Assembly (NCBI GenBank): GCA_965223905.1
Contig: CBDCXV010000010.1
Span: forward strand, 1,152,001-1,216,000
Direction of reading: 5' to 3'
Source of the DNA: Candidatus Latescibacterota bacterium
GTDB taxonomy: Bacteria; Latescibacterota; UBA2968; UBA8231
Length of the DNA stretch: 64,000 bases
Every line of letters begins with the position of its first letter. Position 1 is the stretch's first letter. This document shows, piece by piece, positions 26,772 through 37,152 of the stretch. The notes below the pieces were generated by a model. The model saw nothing but the letters and a program-made list of their open reading frames with translations. It was not told the origin of the DNA and did no database searches. The position numbers and the translations under genes were made by a program.

Positions 26772-27612
26772 ATGACGGAAAGGGAGCTCATCACCCGCTC
26801 CTACGACGACGGGGCGCAACGCGAGTACGGTCGGTTGCTGCTGTCTCCACTGCATGAAGCGGAGTGGGAGCTGACGGTCGAGCTGATCGACGAGTACGTC
26901 GCCGAGGGCTCGAAGGTCGTCGACATCGGGGCGGGGCCGGGCCGCTACTCGGAGTACCTGCTGAAGCGGCGGGGGTGCGAGGTCGGCCTGGTCGATCTCT
27001 CGGGGAGCTGCCTGGCGCTGTTCAACAGCCGCATCGGCGAAGCCCACCGCGGCCGCGTGCAGTTCACCTGGAAATCCTGCGCCACCGACCTGAGCTGGAT
27101 CCCGGGAGGAGCAGTTCGACGCCGCCCTGCTGATGGGGCCGCTCTACCACCTGCTGGAGGAGGAAGAACGCCGCCGGGCGATCGCCGAAACCTGCCGCGT
27201 CCTCAAGCCGGGTGGAATCGCCGTCGCCTCGTTCATCAGCCGCTACCCGGTGTTCTCGCGCATGCTCACGCACGACCCTTCCCTGCTGCACGACGCCGCC
27301 TTCCTCGACGACCTGCTCGACCGGGGCCTGGTCCGGGCCGCGAGCGGCATCACCTCGATGACCGACCACTTCCGCTGCTGGCCGCAGGAGGCGAGGGCCA
27401 TGATGGAAGCAGGGGGCTTCGAGACCCTGCGCATGCGCAACCTCGAGGGAGTCGGGGCATTCTTCCAGGTCCGCCAGGAGAAGGTCCTGGCGGAAGAGCG
27501 GGACAAACAGGCCTGGTTCGACATTCTGCGCAGAACCTGCGAGCTCCCCGACCTGCTGGGGGCCACCCTGCATTTCCTCCACGTCGGCAGAAAGAACCGG
27601 GGCAATGCCTGA
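26772..27612 (+). pseudogene. Class I SAM-dependent methyltransferase with one +1 frameshift near 27104-27106 (possible sequencing error)
   Basis: N-part VVDIGAGPGRYS..VDLS continues in another frame as EQFDAALLMGPLYHL..E..RVLKPGG. Removing one G from CCGGGAG joins them. Confidence 0.8.
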
Positions 27613-28510
27613 GCTGCCGGACGTCGCCCTCTACATCGACGCCCTCGGCCGCGACATCGGCGGCAGGACCATCGCCGGGACCGAGCTGAGGAGCCCGTTC
27701 TTCGTGCGTTCCTTCGACCCGGGGCTCGAGGCCGCCGACGGCAGGGAGGTGCGCGGGTTCCGCCGCATCGGCAAGAGGATCGTCTGGGAGCTGGAGGGGG
27801 AGCTGTTCCTCGTCTTCCACCTGATGATCGCCGGCCGCTACCACTGGAGGAAGCCCGGTTCGAAACCGAGGGGCAGGATCGACCTGGCGGCGTTCCATTT
27901 CGACCAAGGGGTTCTGATGGTGACCGAGGCGGGGTCGAAGAAGCGCGCCTCCCTGCACGTCGTTCAGGGTGAGGCCGGCCTGGCGGGCCACGACCCGGGG
28001 GGGATCGAGGTGCTCGACGCCGGGGTGGAGGAGTTCCGGGGGGCGCTGCTGAGCGAGAACCACACCCTCAAGCGCTCCCTCACCGATCCCCGCCTGTTCA
28101 GCGGCATAGGCAACGCCTACTCCGACGAAATCCTCCATGCCGCCCGCCTCTCCCCGGTCAGGTGGACGAGCCGGCTGAGCGAAGAGGAAATCGCGCGGCT
28201 GCACGAGGCGGCGCGCTCGACCCTGGCGCTGTGGATCGAGCGGCTCCGCCGCGAAGGCGCCGACAGTTTTCCCGAAAAGGTCACCGCCTTCCGCCCGGGA
28301 ATGGCGGCCCACGGCCGTTTCGGTGAGCCGTGTCCGGTCTGCGGGACGCCGATTCAGCGCATCGAGTACGCCGCCAACGAGACCAACTACTGTCCGCGCT
28401 GCCAGACCGGGGGAAAGATCCTCGCCGACCGCCAGCTCTCGAAGCTGCTCAAGAAGGACTGGCCGCGAACGATCGACGAGCTGGAGAACCGCCGGGGGTT
28501 CGGCGTCTGA
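27605..28510 (+). CDS. Fpg/Nei-family DNA glycosylase
   Basis: N-terminal PELPDV, RIGK, HLMIAGR, H2TH SGIGNAYSDEIL, zinc finger CPVC...YCPRCQ. Confidence 0.93.
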   Translation: MPELPDVALYIDALGRDIGGRTIAGTELRSPFFVRSFDPGLEAADGREVRGFRRIGKRIVWELEGELFLVFHLMIAGRYHWRKPGSKPRGRIDLAAFHFDQGVLMVTEAGSKKRASLHVVQGEAGLAGHDPGGIEVLDAGVEEFRGALLSENHTLKRSLTDPRLFSGIGNAYSDEILHAARLSPVRWTSRLSEEEIARLHEAARSTLALWIERLRREGADSFPEKVTAFRPGMAAHGRFGEPCPVCGTPIQRIEYAANETNYCPRCQTGGKILADRQLSKLLKKDWPRTIDELENRRGFGV

Positions 28511-28545
28511 CCGGTCCGACCGGGAAAAAGCGTGGCCTCCGGCGA

Positions 28546-28574
28546 TTGCCACTGACTCCCGAGCGCATTAATTT
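28546..28574 (+). promoter_or_regulatory. Possible sigma70 promoter
   Basis: TTGCCA-N17-TAATTT in an AT-rich gap about 55 nt upstream of the 28628 ATG. Confidence 0.4.
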
Positions 28575-28627
28575 TCAATGCTTTACGTCAATATCCCAGA
28601 TAAATCCCAAGGCCTCCCGAAGCAGCG

Positions 28628-29740
28628 ATGATCGACTCCCAGGATTTCAGGATCGCCGATCCTGACGGCATCGAAACGCCCGCCATGGTCCTGTTCGAGG
28701 CCATGGTGGATCACAATATCGCGGCGATGGCGGAAGAGGCCGGCGGGGCCGCGAGGCTGATGCCGCACGTCAAGACCCACAAGTCGCAGGCGGTAGCCGG
28801 CAAGCAGCTCGAGTCCGGGGTCAGCGGTTTCAAGTGCGCGACCCTCCGGGAGCTGCAGATGGTGCTCGAGGCCGGCGCCGAGGAGGCGATCCTGTCGTAC
28901 CCACTGGTGCAGCGCTCCAAGGTCGAGCGCCTCGCCGAGCTGACCGCCGCACATCCGGGCGCCCTCGTCCACGCCATAGTCAGCAGCGATTGCCACGTCG
29001 ATGTCCTGGCCTCGGTGGCGCGGGAGAAATCCCTGACCCTGCACGCGATGCTCGACCTCGACGCCGGCCAGCACCGGACGGGGGTGGCGTTCGGGGAACC
29101 GGCGATGGCCCTGTACCGGCGCCTGGCGCGCGAGGATCACCTCGAGGGAAGCGGCCTGCACATCTACGACGGGCACGAGCACTTCAGCGACCGCACCCTG
29201 CGGGAGGCCGCGGCCAACCGCCACATAGAGGAGGCAGGAAAGCTCATCGCCGCGCTCGAGGCCGAGGGGATGGAGGTCCGGCGCGTCGTCGGCGGCAGCA
29301 GCTTCTCCTATCCGTTCTACGCCCGCTCCGAGGGGATGCTCGGTTCCCCCGGGGCCTGCATCTACTGGGATGCCGGCTACCAGGGCGGGATGCCGGACAC
29401 CCCTTTCCGGTTCGCCGCCCTGGTGCTGACCCAGGTCGTCGACCGCCACCCCGACCAGAAGACCTTCACGACCGATCTCGGGTACAAGGCGATCGCCGGA
29501 GATCCGCCGCTGTCCAGCCGGGCCAGCCTGCTCGGCATGGGGGGTGCCCACCTGGCCAGGCAGAACGAGGAGCACGGCGTCTTCGCCTGCGACGGCGACC
29601 TGCCCGGGATAGGGACCTACCTGCTCGCCGTCCCCGGGCACGTCTGCCCGACGACGGTCCGCTACCCGGGCAGCTACGTGATCGGCGGCGAAGGGCAGGT
29701 CGTCGACTACTACCCGCACTCCGCCCGCGACCGCTCCTAG
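28628..29740 (+). CDS. PLP-dependent fold-type III enzyme, D-threonine aldolase/D-serine dehydratase family
   Basis: ETPA, PHVKTHKS, CATL.E, LDLDAGQHRTG, HIYDGH, DLGYKA, NEEHG, PGHVCPT. Confidence 0.88.
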   Translation: MIDSQDFRIADPDGIETPAMVLFEAMVDHNIAAMAEEAGGAARLMPHVKTHKSQAVAGKQLESGVSGFKCATLRELQMVLEAGAEEAILSYPLVQRSKVERLAELTAAHPGALVHAIVSSDCHVDVLASVAREKSLTLHAMLDLDAGQHRTGVAFGEPAMALYRRLAREDHLEGSGLHIYDGHEHFSDRTLREAAANRHIEEAGKLIAALEAEGMEVRRVVGGSSFSYPFYARSEGMLGSPGACIYWDAGYQGGMPDTPFRFAALVLTQVVDRHPDQKTFTTDLGYKAIAGDPPLSSRASLLGMGGAHLARQNEEHGVFACDGDLPGIGTYLLAVPGHVCPTTVRYPGSYVIGGEGQVVDYYPHSARDRS

Positions 29741-29759
29741 GCTCGGTCGAGCCCGTCCC

Positions 29760-30446
29760 ATGAAGCCGCCGCCGCGCTCACCCTTCTCGGTGAACTGGCT
29801 GGTCCACAGCATCCACCGGCGCTGCGTCGAGGACGCGGTCAGCCGCTGCGCCCGCGGCCGCATCCTCGACGTCGGCTGCGGCGAGCGGCCGTTCGCGCCC
29901 CAGCTTGCCGCCGCGGGGGAAGCCCTGACCCATCTCGAGTTCGACCGCCGCCGCTTCGCCGCTTCTCCTCCCGATGTATGGGGGGACGCCCTCGCCCTGC
30001 CGTTCCGGGAGGACAGCTTCCAGACCGTGGTCTCCTTCCAGGTACTAGAGCACGTGCCGCGGCCGGCGCGGATGGTCGAGGAGATGGCGCGGGTGCTGGC
30101 CCCTGGCGGTTGCCTGATCGTGACCGCCCCCCACATGTGGGGAGTCCACGAGGAGCCCCGCGACTATTTCCGCTTCACCGGCTTCGGACTGCGCCAGCTC
30201 GCCGGGGACGCCGGCCTCGAGGTGGCGAGCGTGCGGGCCCTGGCGGGCTACTGGGTGACCGCGGCGGCGCGCGCCTGCCAGTATCTGCAGCAGTTCGAGA
30301 AGATCGGTCTCGCCTGGGTGACGCGGCCGCTCTACGCGCTGATCCAGGTAGCCGGCCTCCTCCTCGACAGGCTCCACCGCGTCGAAGGAGACGCGTGGAA
30401 CTTCCTGCTGATCGCCGAGCGCCCCGGAGGAGGGGGGGCACTGTGA
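29760..30446 (+). CDS. Class I SAM-dependent methyltransferase (Methyltransf_11)
   Basis: ILDVGCGERP, GDA.ALPF..DSF, QVLEHV, RVLAPGG, HEEP.DYFRFT. Confidence 0.9.
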   Translation: MKPPPRSPFSVNWLVHSIHRRCVEDAVSRCARGRILDVGCGERPFAPQLAAAGEALTHLEFDRRRFAASPPDVWGDALALPFREDSFQTVVSFQVLEHVPRPARMVEEMARVLAPGGCLIVTAPHMWGVHEEPRDYFRFTGFGLRQLAGDAGLEVASVRALAGYWVTAAARACQYLQQFEKIGLAWVTRPLYALIQVAGLLLDRLHRVEGDAWNFLLIAERPGGGGAL

Positions 30447-31888
30447 CCGCGGTCCCCGTACGGCCCCTGGTCGACCCTCGCGACAGCCGCCTGATCGCCG
30501 CGGTCTGCGCGCTCATGTGCGCCGTCGCCGTGGGGCCTGCTTTCTGGTTTGCCCATTACGCCCCGCTGTTCGCCGCGGCCCTGCTGACCGCCGGCGCCAT
30601 GCTGTTCTCGGTCAGGCGCTCGCTGGTCGTCCTGCTCGTGGCGACCGCGGTGATTCCGGGACCGGTGCTCGAGCTCCTGCGCATACCCCTCGGGTTCAAG
30701 CTGACCGAGGTGCTGTTGATCGCAACCCTGCTGTTCCTGGTGATCGACGTCGTCTGGGCGCGCCGGCTGCGGGTGACGACCACGGATGTCGACGGCCTCG
30801 TCGCCGCCTTTCTCGCCGCTGCCCTGCTGTCGGCCCTGTTGGGGGTGCATTACGGCAACGACGACAAGGAGAGCATCCTCCGCAATCTCCGCTATCCCCT
30901 CTATTACGTCGCCTTCTTCGCCGCCACCCAGGCCTTCTCGGCCCGAGACGGGGCGCGCCTGATCGCACCGGTCCTCATGCTCGTCGGTCCGGTGGTGGGA
31001 GCGACCTACATCTTCGAGTTTCTCGGGGCCATCGACCTGTCGGCCGGGGAGCGCTTCTTTCGCGTCGCGCGCCCGCAGGGGGTGGTGTTGCCGGTGGCCA
31101 TGCTGCTGACAGCCAACCTCTTCATCCACGACCCGCGGCGCTTCGGGCGCCTGCTGCCGGCGCTGGCGTTCATTCCCACCGGGCTGGCGTTCGTCCTTAC
31201 CGTGGGGCGCGGGATGTGGCTCGCCTTCGCGGTCGGCCTGGCGGCGACTTTGTGGCTCAGACACCGCGCTCTGCCGTCCGGGGCGCGCAGGGCATGGGGC
31301 GCCGTGGTTCTCGCGGTGGCGGTAGTCGCCGTTCTCGCCGCTTCGGCACTTGTGTTCCAGCGCATCACCGGCGCCGCCATCACCGCGCACGCAGTCGAAC
31401 GCTCGCGCACCTTCGTCGACTACACCCGCGACGTGCAGGTGCTGGGGCGCCTCATCGGCTATTCCGAGGTACTGCGGGCGATTGCCGAGCGCCCGCTTCT
31501 CGGCAGCGGCCAGGGCAGGACCGTGAGGCTTTACGGCTTCAATCCCGACCAGGGCCGGTTCGAAACCTGGGACTCCTGGACCGTCGACAGCCTGTTCCTG
31601 ACCCTGTGGTTGAAGATGGGTCTGCCCGGGCTGATCCTTTTTTCGCTGTTGTATCTCCGCTTGCTGCGAACTTCCTGGGACCGGTTTCACTCAGGGGCCG
31701 TTGCCGACCAGCGCGCCTTCGCCGCCGGGGCCTTCAGCGCCCTGGTGGCGATGGGGGTCCTCGGCATCGCCGACGGCTCGATGATAAACGGCCGCTTCGC
31801 CGTTCTGTTCGCTATTCTGTTCGCCGCGGTGGCGCGCGCCGCCCCGGCCACGACCCAGACCCCCGGATCAGCGCATGCAGCTTCTTGA
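30443..31888 (+). CDS. O-antigen ligase/Wzy-like polytopic membrane protein
   Basis: Multiple TM helices, T.GRGMW, R....E..RAI.ERPLLGSGQG, DSLFL.LWLKMGLPG. GTG start overlaps the upstream TGA. Confidence 0.75.
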   Translation: MTAVPVRPLVDPRDSRLIAAVCALMCAVAVGPAFWFAHYAPLFAAALLTAGAMLFSVRRSLVVLLVATAVIPGPVLELLRIPLGFKLTEVLLIATLLFLVIDVVWARRLRVTTTDVDGLVAAFLAAALLSALLGVHYGNDDKESILRNLRYPLYYVAFFAATQAFSARDGARLIAPVLMLVGPVVGATYIFEFLGAIDLSAGERFFRVARPQGVVLPVAMLLTANLFIHDPRRFGRLLPALAFIPTGLAFVLTVGRGMWLAFAVGLAATLWLRHRALPSGARRAWGAVVLAVAVVAVLAASALVFQRITGAAITAHAVERSRTFVDYTRDVQVLGRLIGYSEVLRAIAERPLLGSGQGRTVRLYGFNPDQGRFETWDSWTVDSLFLTLWLKMGLPGLILFSLLYLRLLRTSWDRFHSGAVADQRAFAAGAFSALVAMGVLGIADGSMINGRFAVLFAILFAAVARAAPATTQTPGSAHAAS

Positions 31889-33047
31889 GGAGATCGCCGC
31901 CAAGGGCAGCCGGCTCGTCGTCGGTCAGATGACGGGGACTTCCGTGGACGGCATCGACGCCGTGCTGGCCCGGATCTCCGCATCGGGGCCAGCCACCGGG
32001 TTCGAGCTGCTCGCCCACGCCACGAGCGACATTCCCCAAGCCCTTCGCGAGGGGCTGTTCGACCTGTTCAAGCCAGACGCGCCGGTCGACGATCTGCCGG
32101 GGCTGGACTTCGAGCTCGGCGAGGCGCTCGCCGCGGCCGCCCTCGAGGTAATCCGCAAGGCCGGCGCCGACCCCGCCGATGTCGACCTGATCGGCTCCCA
32201 CGGGCAGACGGTGCGCCATTTCCCCGGGGCCGGCACGCCCTCGACCCTGCAGATCGGGGAGCCCGCGGTGATCGCCCAGCGCACCGGCATCACCACTGTG
32301 GCCGACTTCCGGCCCGCGGACATCGCCCTGGGCGGCCAGGGGGCGCCGCTGGTGCCGCTGGTCGATCTCCTGCTCTTCGGCCATCCCGGGCGGGGGCGCC
32401 TGATGCTGAATATCGGCGGCATCGCCAACGTCACCATACTGCCCCCCGGGGCCGGAGTCGACGACGTCGCCGCCTTCGATCTCGGCCCCGGCAACATGCT
32501 CGTCGACGGCGCGGTCTCGTTACTGACCGGAGGCCGCGAGCGCTTCGACCGCGACGGCCGCCGCGCCGCCGCGGGCGCGGTCGACGAGGAGTGGCTGGCG
32601 CGCCTCCTCGGGCACGAGTTTCTGCACCGGCCGCCGCCGAAATCGACCGGCCGGGAGGAGTTCGGCGCCGAGTACCTGTTCGAGGTGATGGCTGGAAGCG
32701 GGCTAGGGGGAGACGCCCTGATCGCCACCCTGACGGCGTTCACCGCGGGCGCAATCGTTCAGGGGATCGGCCGTTTCGCCCTGGCCGGCGCCAGGATGGA
32801 GGAGCTCTGGGTCAGCGGCGGCGGCGTGCACAACCGGTGCCTGATGCAGCAGATCGCGCGCGGGCTGCCCGATCTTCGCGTGGCGCCCACGGACGAACTC
32901 GGGGTGCCGGCGGACGCCAAGGAAGCCCTCGCCTTTGCGGTGCTCGCCAACGAGACGCTGGCCGGCAACAGCGGCAACCTGCCGGCGGCGACCGGGGCGT
33001 CGCGCGCCGCGGTGCTGGGCAAGATCTGCCCCGGCCGAAGGGGATGA
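31875..33047 (+). CDS. anmK: Anhydro-N-acetylmuramic acid kinase
   Basis: G.MTGTSVDGIDA, IGSHGQT, TLQIGE, DFRPAD.ALGGQGAPLVP, NIGGIAN, PPKSTGRE.FG, KEALAFA. Confidence 0.95.
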   Translation: MQLLEEIAAKGSRLVVGQMTGTSVDGIDAVLARISASGPATGFELLAHATSDIPQALREGLFDLFKPDAPVDDLPGLDFELGEALAAAALEVIRKAGADPADVDLIGSHGQTVRHFPGAGTPSTLQIGEPAVIAQRTGITTVADFRPADIALGGQGAPLVPLVDLLLFGHPGRGRLMLNIGGIANVTILPPGAGVDDVAAFDLGPGNMLVDGAVSLLTGGRERFDRDGRRAAAGAVDEEWLARLLGHEFLHRPPPKSTGREEFGAEYLFEVMAGSGLGGDALIATLTAFTAGAIVQGIGRFALAGARMEELWVSGGGVHNRCLMQQIARGLPDLRVAPTDELGVPADAKEALAFAVLANETLAGNSGNLPAATGASRAAVLGKICPGRRG

Positions 33048-33153
33048 AGGGCCGGGTGCAAGCCGGCGGCCGGGGGGGTTAGGGTGTGGCGCCGGGCAAC
33101 CCCGATTCACAACTCTCTCACCACTCACACAAGACCAACGGGACCGCACGACC

Positions 33154-36066
33154 ATGAGCCATGACTTCGAACTGATCGCCGAGCGCGACATCGCCGAGCT
33201 CGACACCCGCGGCCGCCTCTACCGCCACCGCACCGGCGCGGAGCTGCTGTCGCTTTCGAACGACGACGAGAACAAGGTCTTCGGCATAACCTTCCGGACC
33301 CCGCCCGAGGATTCGACCGGCGTGGCCCACATCCTCGAGCACTCGGTGCTGTGCGGCTCGCGCAAGTACCCGGTCAAGGAGCCGTTCGTCGAGCTCCTCA
33401 AAGGTTCGCTGAAGACCTTCCTCAACGCCTTCACCTACCCCGACAAGACCTGCTATCCCGTCGCCAGCCAGAACCTCCAGGATTTCTACAACCTCATCGA
33501 CGTCTACCTCGACGCGGTCTTCCACCCCCGTCTGACGCCGCAGGTCCTGCAGCAGGAGGGCTGGCATTACGAGCTCGAGGAGGCCAGCGGCCCCCTGGTG
33601 TTCAAGGGGGTTGTGTTCAACGAGATGAAGGGGGCGAACTCCTCCCCCGACCGGGTGATGGCGGAGTACGTGCAGCACTCGCTGTTCCCCGACAACACCT
33701 ACGGCGTCGATTCCGGCGGCCACCCGCGCGAGATACCGGGCCTGACCTACGAGCAGTTCGAGAGCTTCCACCGCGACTTCTACCACCCGGCCAACGCGCG
33801 CATCTACTTCTACGGAGACGACCCGGTCGAGCGCCGCTTCGAGCTGCTCGAGGAGTACCTGGGCGAATACGAGGCGGCCGAGATCAGGTCGGCGGTCGCC
33901 TGGCAGCCCCCGTTCGCCGGGCCGCGGCGGGTCGAGCGCACCTACGCCGCGGGTGAGGAAGGGGGCGGGGACGGCCGCGCCAGGAGCATGGTCACCGTCA
34001 ACTGGCTTATGCACGAGGAAATCGATCCGGTGACCGGTCTCGGGTTGCAGATTCTGGACCACGTGCTGCTGGGGACCCCGGCATCGCCGTTGCGCAAGGC
34101 GCTGATCGAGTCAGGCCTCGGTGAAGATCTTTCCGGTATCGGCATGGAGACCGAGCTGCAGCAGTTCTTCTTCTCGATCGGCCTGAAGGGGGTCGCCGGC
34201 GAAGACGAGGAGCGGGTCGTCGAGTTGGTCCTGAAGACCCTGGAATCGCTGGCGGAGGAGGGCATCGCCAAGGAGACGGTGACCGCGGCGCTCAACACCT
34301 CGGAGTTCCGTCTGCGGGAGAACAACACCGGCTCCTACCCCCGCGGCCTGGCGCTGATGCTCAGGGCGCTGACGACGTGGCTCTACGACCGCGACCCGTT
34401 CGCGCCGCTCTCCTACGCCGGGCCCCTGGCCGAGGTCAGGGAGCGGGCCGAGGCCGGCGGCTGGTTCGAGCAGCTGATCAGGCGTCACCTGCTCGACAAC
34501 AGCCACTGCACCATGCTCTACCTGCGCGCCGACGAGGAGCAGGCCCGGCGCGAGGAGCAGGAGGAGGAGCAGCAGCTGAGCCGCTCGCGCGCGGGGATGA
34601 GCGCGGGTCAGCTGCGGGAGATCGCCGCGGACGCCGAAGAGCTCGCCCGGCGCCAGCAGCAACCGGACGACCCTGCCGATCTCGCCAGGCTGCCGCGCCT
34701 GACCCTGGGCGACCTGGAACCGGAGATCCGCACCCTGCCTCTGGACAGGGGGGAAGTCGCCGGCGCCCCCGCCCTGTTCCACGACCTCTTCACAAACGGC
34801 ATCGTCTACGCGGACGTCGGCTTCGAGGTACGCACCGTGCCGCAGCGGCTGCTCCCCTACCTGCCGCTGTTCGGGCGCGCCCTGCTCGAGATGGGCACCG
34901 AAAAGGATTCTTTCGTCCAGCTCGCGCAGCGCATCGGCTCGCGCACCGGCGGTATCTGGCCGCACACCCTGGTGTCGTCCAGGCGCGGCTCGGAAGATGC
35001 CCTGGCGCGGTTCTTTCTGCGCGCCAAGGCAATGGTCGGCCGGGTCGGCGACCTCGTCGACATCATGGGGGACATCCTCAACACGGTGAACCTCGACAAC
35101 CGGGACCGGTTCCTGCAGATGGCGCTCGAGGAGCGCGCCGAGCAGGAGGCCGGCCTGGTTCCCGGGGGGCACGGGGTCGTCGCCCTGCGCCTGCGGGCTC
35201 AGCTCGACGAGGCGGCGTGGGTGTCGGAGCAGATGGAAGGGGTCAGCTATCTCTTTTTCCTGCGGCAGCTGGTCGCCGATATCGAGAGCGACTGGCCCGG
35301 GGTGCTCGCCAGGCTGGAGGAGCTGCGCCGCCTGCTGGTGAACCGGCGCACCCTGCTGTGCAACGCCACCCTCCCGGACGCCGACCGCCCCGGGTTCGAG
35401 AGGCAGCTCGCCGGGCTGGTCGAGGCGCTGCCGGAAGCTCCCGCGGAAGAGGCGGCGTGGGAACCGGGCTACGACAGCAAGTGCGAGGGGCTGGTGATCC
35501 CGGCGCAGGTCAACTACGTCGGCAAGGCCGCGAACCTATACGAGCTCGGGTACGAGCTGCACGGCTCGGTCGCCGTGATCACGCGCTATCTCCGCAACAC
35601 CTGGCTGTGGGACCGCGTCCGCGTCCAGGGCGGCGCCTACGGGGCCTTCTGCTCATTCGATCACTTCTCGGGGATCCTCGCCTTCGCTTCGTACCGCGAC
35701 CCCAACCTCCGGGAGACCCTCGCCAACTTCGACGACTCGGGGCGCTTCCTGCGCGAGGTCGATCTCTCCTGGGAGGAGTTGACCAAGGCGATCATCGGGA
35801 CGATCGGCGACTTCGACGCCTACCAGCTTCCCGACGCCAAGGGCTACACCTCGATGGTGAGGGAGCTCACCGGCATGGATGACGGGTTTCGCCAGCGCAT
35901 GCGGGATGCGGTGCTGGCGACCACGGCCGCGGAGTTCCGGGACTTCGCCGACGTGCTCGAACGGGTGAGGCAGAGCGGCCGCATAGCGGTGCTGGGATCG
36001 CGCGACGCCCTGGAAGCGGCCAACGCCGACGGCGGGCAGGCCCTGGAGCTGGTGCCGGTGTTGTAG
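33154..36066 (+). CDS. M16C insulinase-family metallopeptidase (presequence protease-like)
   Basis: HILEHSVLCGSRKYPVKEPF (HxxEH), LNAFTYPDKTCYP, GVVFNEMKG, VRVQGGAYG, SYRDPN. Confidence 0.95.
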   Translation: MSHDFELIAERDIAELDTRGRLYRHRTGAELLSLSNDDENKVFGITFRTPPEDSTGVAHILEHSVLCGSRKYPVKEPFVELLKGSLKTFLNAFTYPDKTCYPVASQNLQDFYNLIDVYLDAVFHPRLTPQVLQQEGWHYELEEASGPLVFKGVVFNEMKGANSSPDRVMAEYVQHSLFPDNTYGVDSGGHPREIPGLTYEQFESFHRDFYHPANARIYFYGDDPVERRFELLEEYLGEYEAAEIRSAVAWQPPFAGPRRVERTYAAGEEGGGDGRARSMVTVNWLMHEEIDPVTGLGLQILDHVLLGTPASPLRKALIESGLGEDLSGIGMETELQQFFFSIGLKGVAGEDEERVVELVLKTLESLAEEGIAKETVTAALNTSEFRLRENNTGSYPRGLALMLRALTTWLYDRDPFAPLSYAGPLAEVRERAEAGGWFEQLIRRHLLDNSHCTMLYLRADEEQARREEQEEEQQLSRSRAGMSAGQLREIAADAEELARRQQQPDDPADLARLPRLTLGDLEPEIRTLPLDRGEVAGAPALFHDLFTNGIVYADVGFEVRTVPQRLLPYLPLFGRALLEMGTEKDSFVQLAQRIGSRTGGIWPHTLVSSRRGSEDALARFFLRAKAMVGRVGDLVDIMGDILNTVNLDNRDRFLQMALEERAEQEAGLVPGGHGVVALRLRAQLDEAAWVSEQMEGVSYLFFLRQLVADIESDWPGVLARLEELRRLLVNRRTLLCNATLPDADRPGFERQLAGLVEALPEAPAEEAAWEPGYDSKCEGLVIPAQVNYVGKAANLYELGYELHGSVAVITRYLRNTWLWDRVRVQGGAYGAFCSFDHFSGILAFASYRDPNLRETLANFDDSGRFLREVDLSWEELTKAIIGTIGDFDAYQLPDAKGYTSMVRELTGMDDGFRQRMRDAVLATTAAEFRDFADVLERVRQSGRIAVLGSRDALEAANADGGQALELVPVL

Positions 36067-36152
36067 GTTGTCTTTCGCTCCGACCGGGGATCTGGAGGGT
36101 TCGTTACGGTTCCCGGACTGCCAGGGTGATCCGCCTCGGACACCGTGGTATC

Positions 36153-37051
36153 TCATTCGGCAAGGCCGGACTTGATGCGGCCCCAGGAAACGGTTTCCGC
36201 AACAGTGTTGTCGTCAGGGCTCTTCACAAGAACGCCTCTGGCCCTCACCTCGGACGGCGACGGATCGAAGGTCTCATCCTCTCTCTGTCCGAACAAACCG
36301 AATGTGATATCCTCGCGGTCCGGGTCGGCGTCTGCTATCAAGAGCGAAAACAGGATCTCCTTGCCTGGGTAGAGGTCCGAGATTACGGATTCCTTCGGAT
36401 CGGCCCAGAGGAACCGATCGAACGGCGTTACGTAAAATTCGAGAACAGAAAAGATCGGCTGGCTGTCGACTATGCCGCCGCCGCCGTCGGCGTAGGGTAC
36501 CTGGTGAACCCAGGGCGCGGAGGCGCTCATGATGAACAGGGTTGCGTTGCTGTCATTGAGGTAGGTCCTTGCAAAGGCGGCGTAAAGCTGTGCTTCCTTC
36601 ATGTCCAGCGGTCCCCCCCGGGATGTTCGGGGTCGTTTGCGAGCACCCCATCGGCATCCATGTCGCCGTCCACGGAAAACCACAAGGCCCCATCGCCGAA
36701 GGGCAATGAAAAACCCTCGTCGCGTTCGTACGGGTTTTCGTGGAAATCGTGGACGAACTCCGCGGCCACGAACAGATGGTCGCCGGCATCGTGCCAGGCG
36801 AGCCAGACGCGGAAGTCGAATGACGATGGGTCGTATGATTCCCCTGGAAGGCCGGCGAAATCGAGGGGCGTCAACGTCGGCTCCCCGAGGGCGTCCGGCC
36901 AGTCCTCGACCTGACCGTCCTTGAGGTCGATGCGGGCCCGCATCTCGTCGGTCAGCTCGATGAACGGATACACCCGGTCCTGAAGCTGTGCCTCCGAAAG
37001 ATGGGCCGTCACCAGCAGGGGAATTGCAATTCCTGACGCCAGCGCTCGCAT
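36153..37051 (-). pseudogene. Secreted protein with a C-terminal SWGRIK motif; frameshift in a C7 tract at 36613-36619
   Basis: Signal MRALASGIAIPLLVTAHLSEA, DLKDG.VEDW..., continuing in another frame as PLDMKEAQ...TVAETVSWGRIKSGLAE. Adding one base to the tract restores a single ORF. Confidence 0.75.
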
Positions 37052-37152
37052 ACGGGAACTCCTTTTCCGCGGGCGGCTGGTGGTTGGTCCCAACATGCGC
37101 CGGGGTTTCTCGGCCGCAAACGAAATTGGGCGGCCCTGCAATGACAGCCAGG

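Noticed and set aside
32935-33153. N-terminal extensions of ORF-track calls (M16C here; also coaD, dprA, leuD, leuB, GNAT and the permeases)
   Set aside because: They overlap upstream genes or lack homology-like sequence; downstream starts match the family N-termini.
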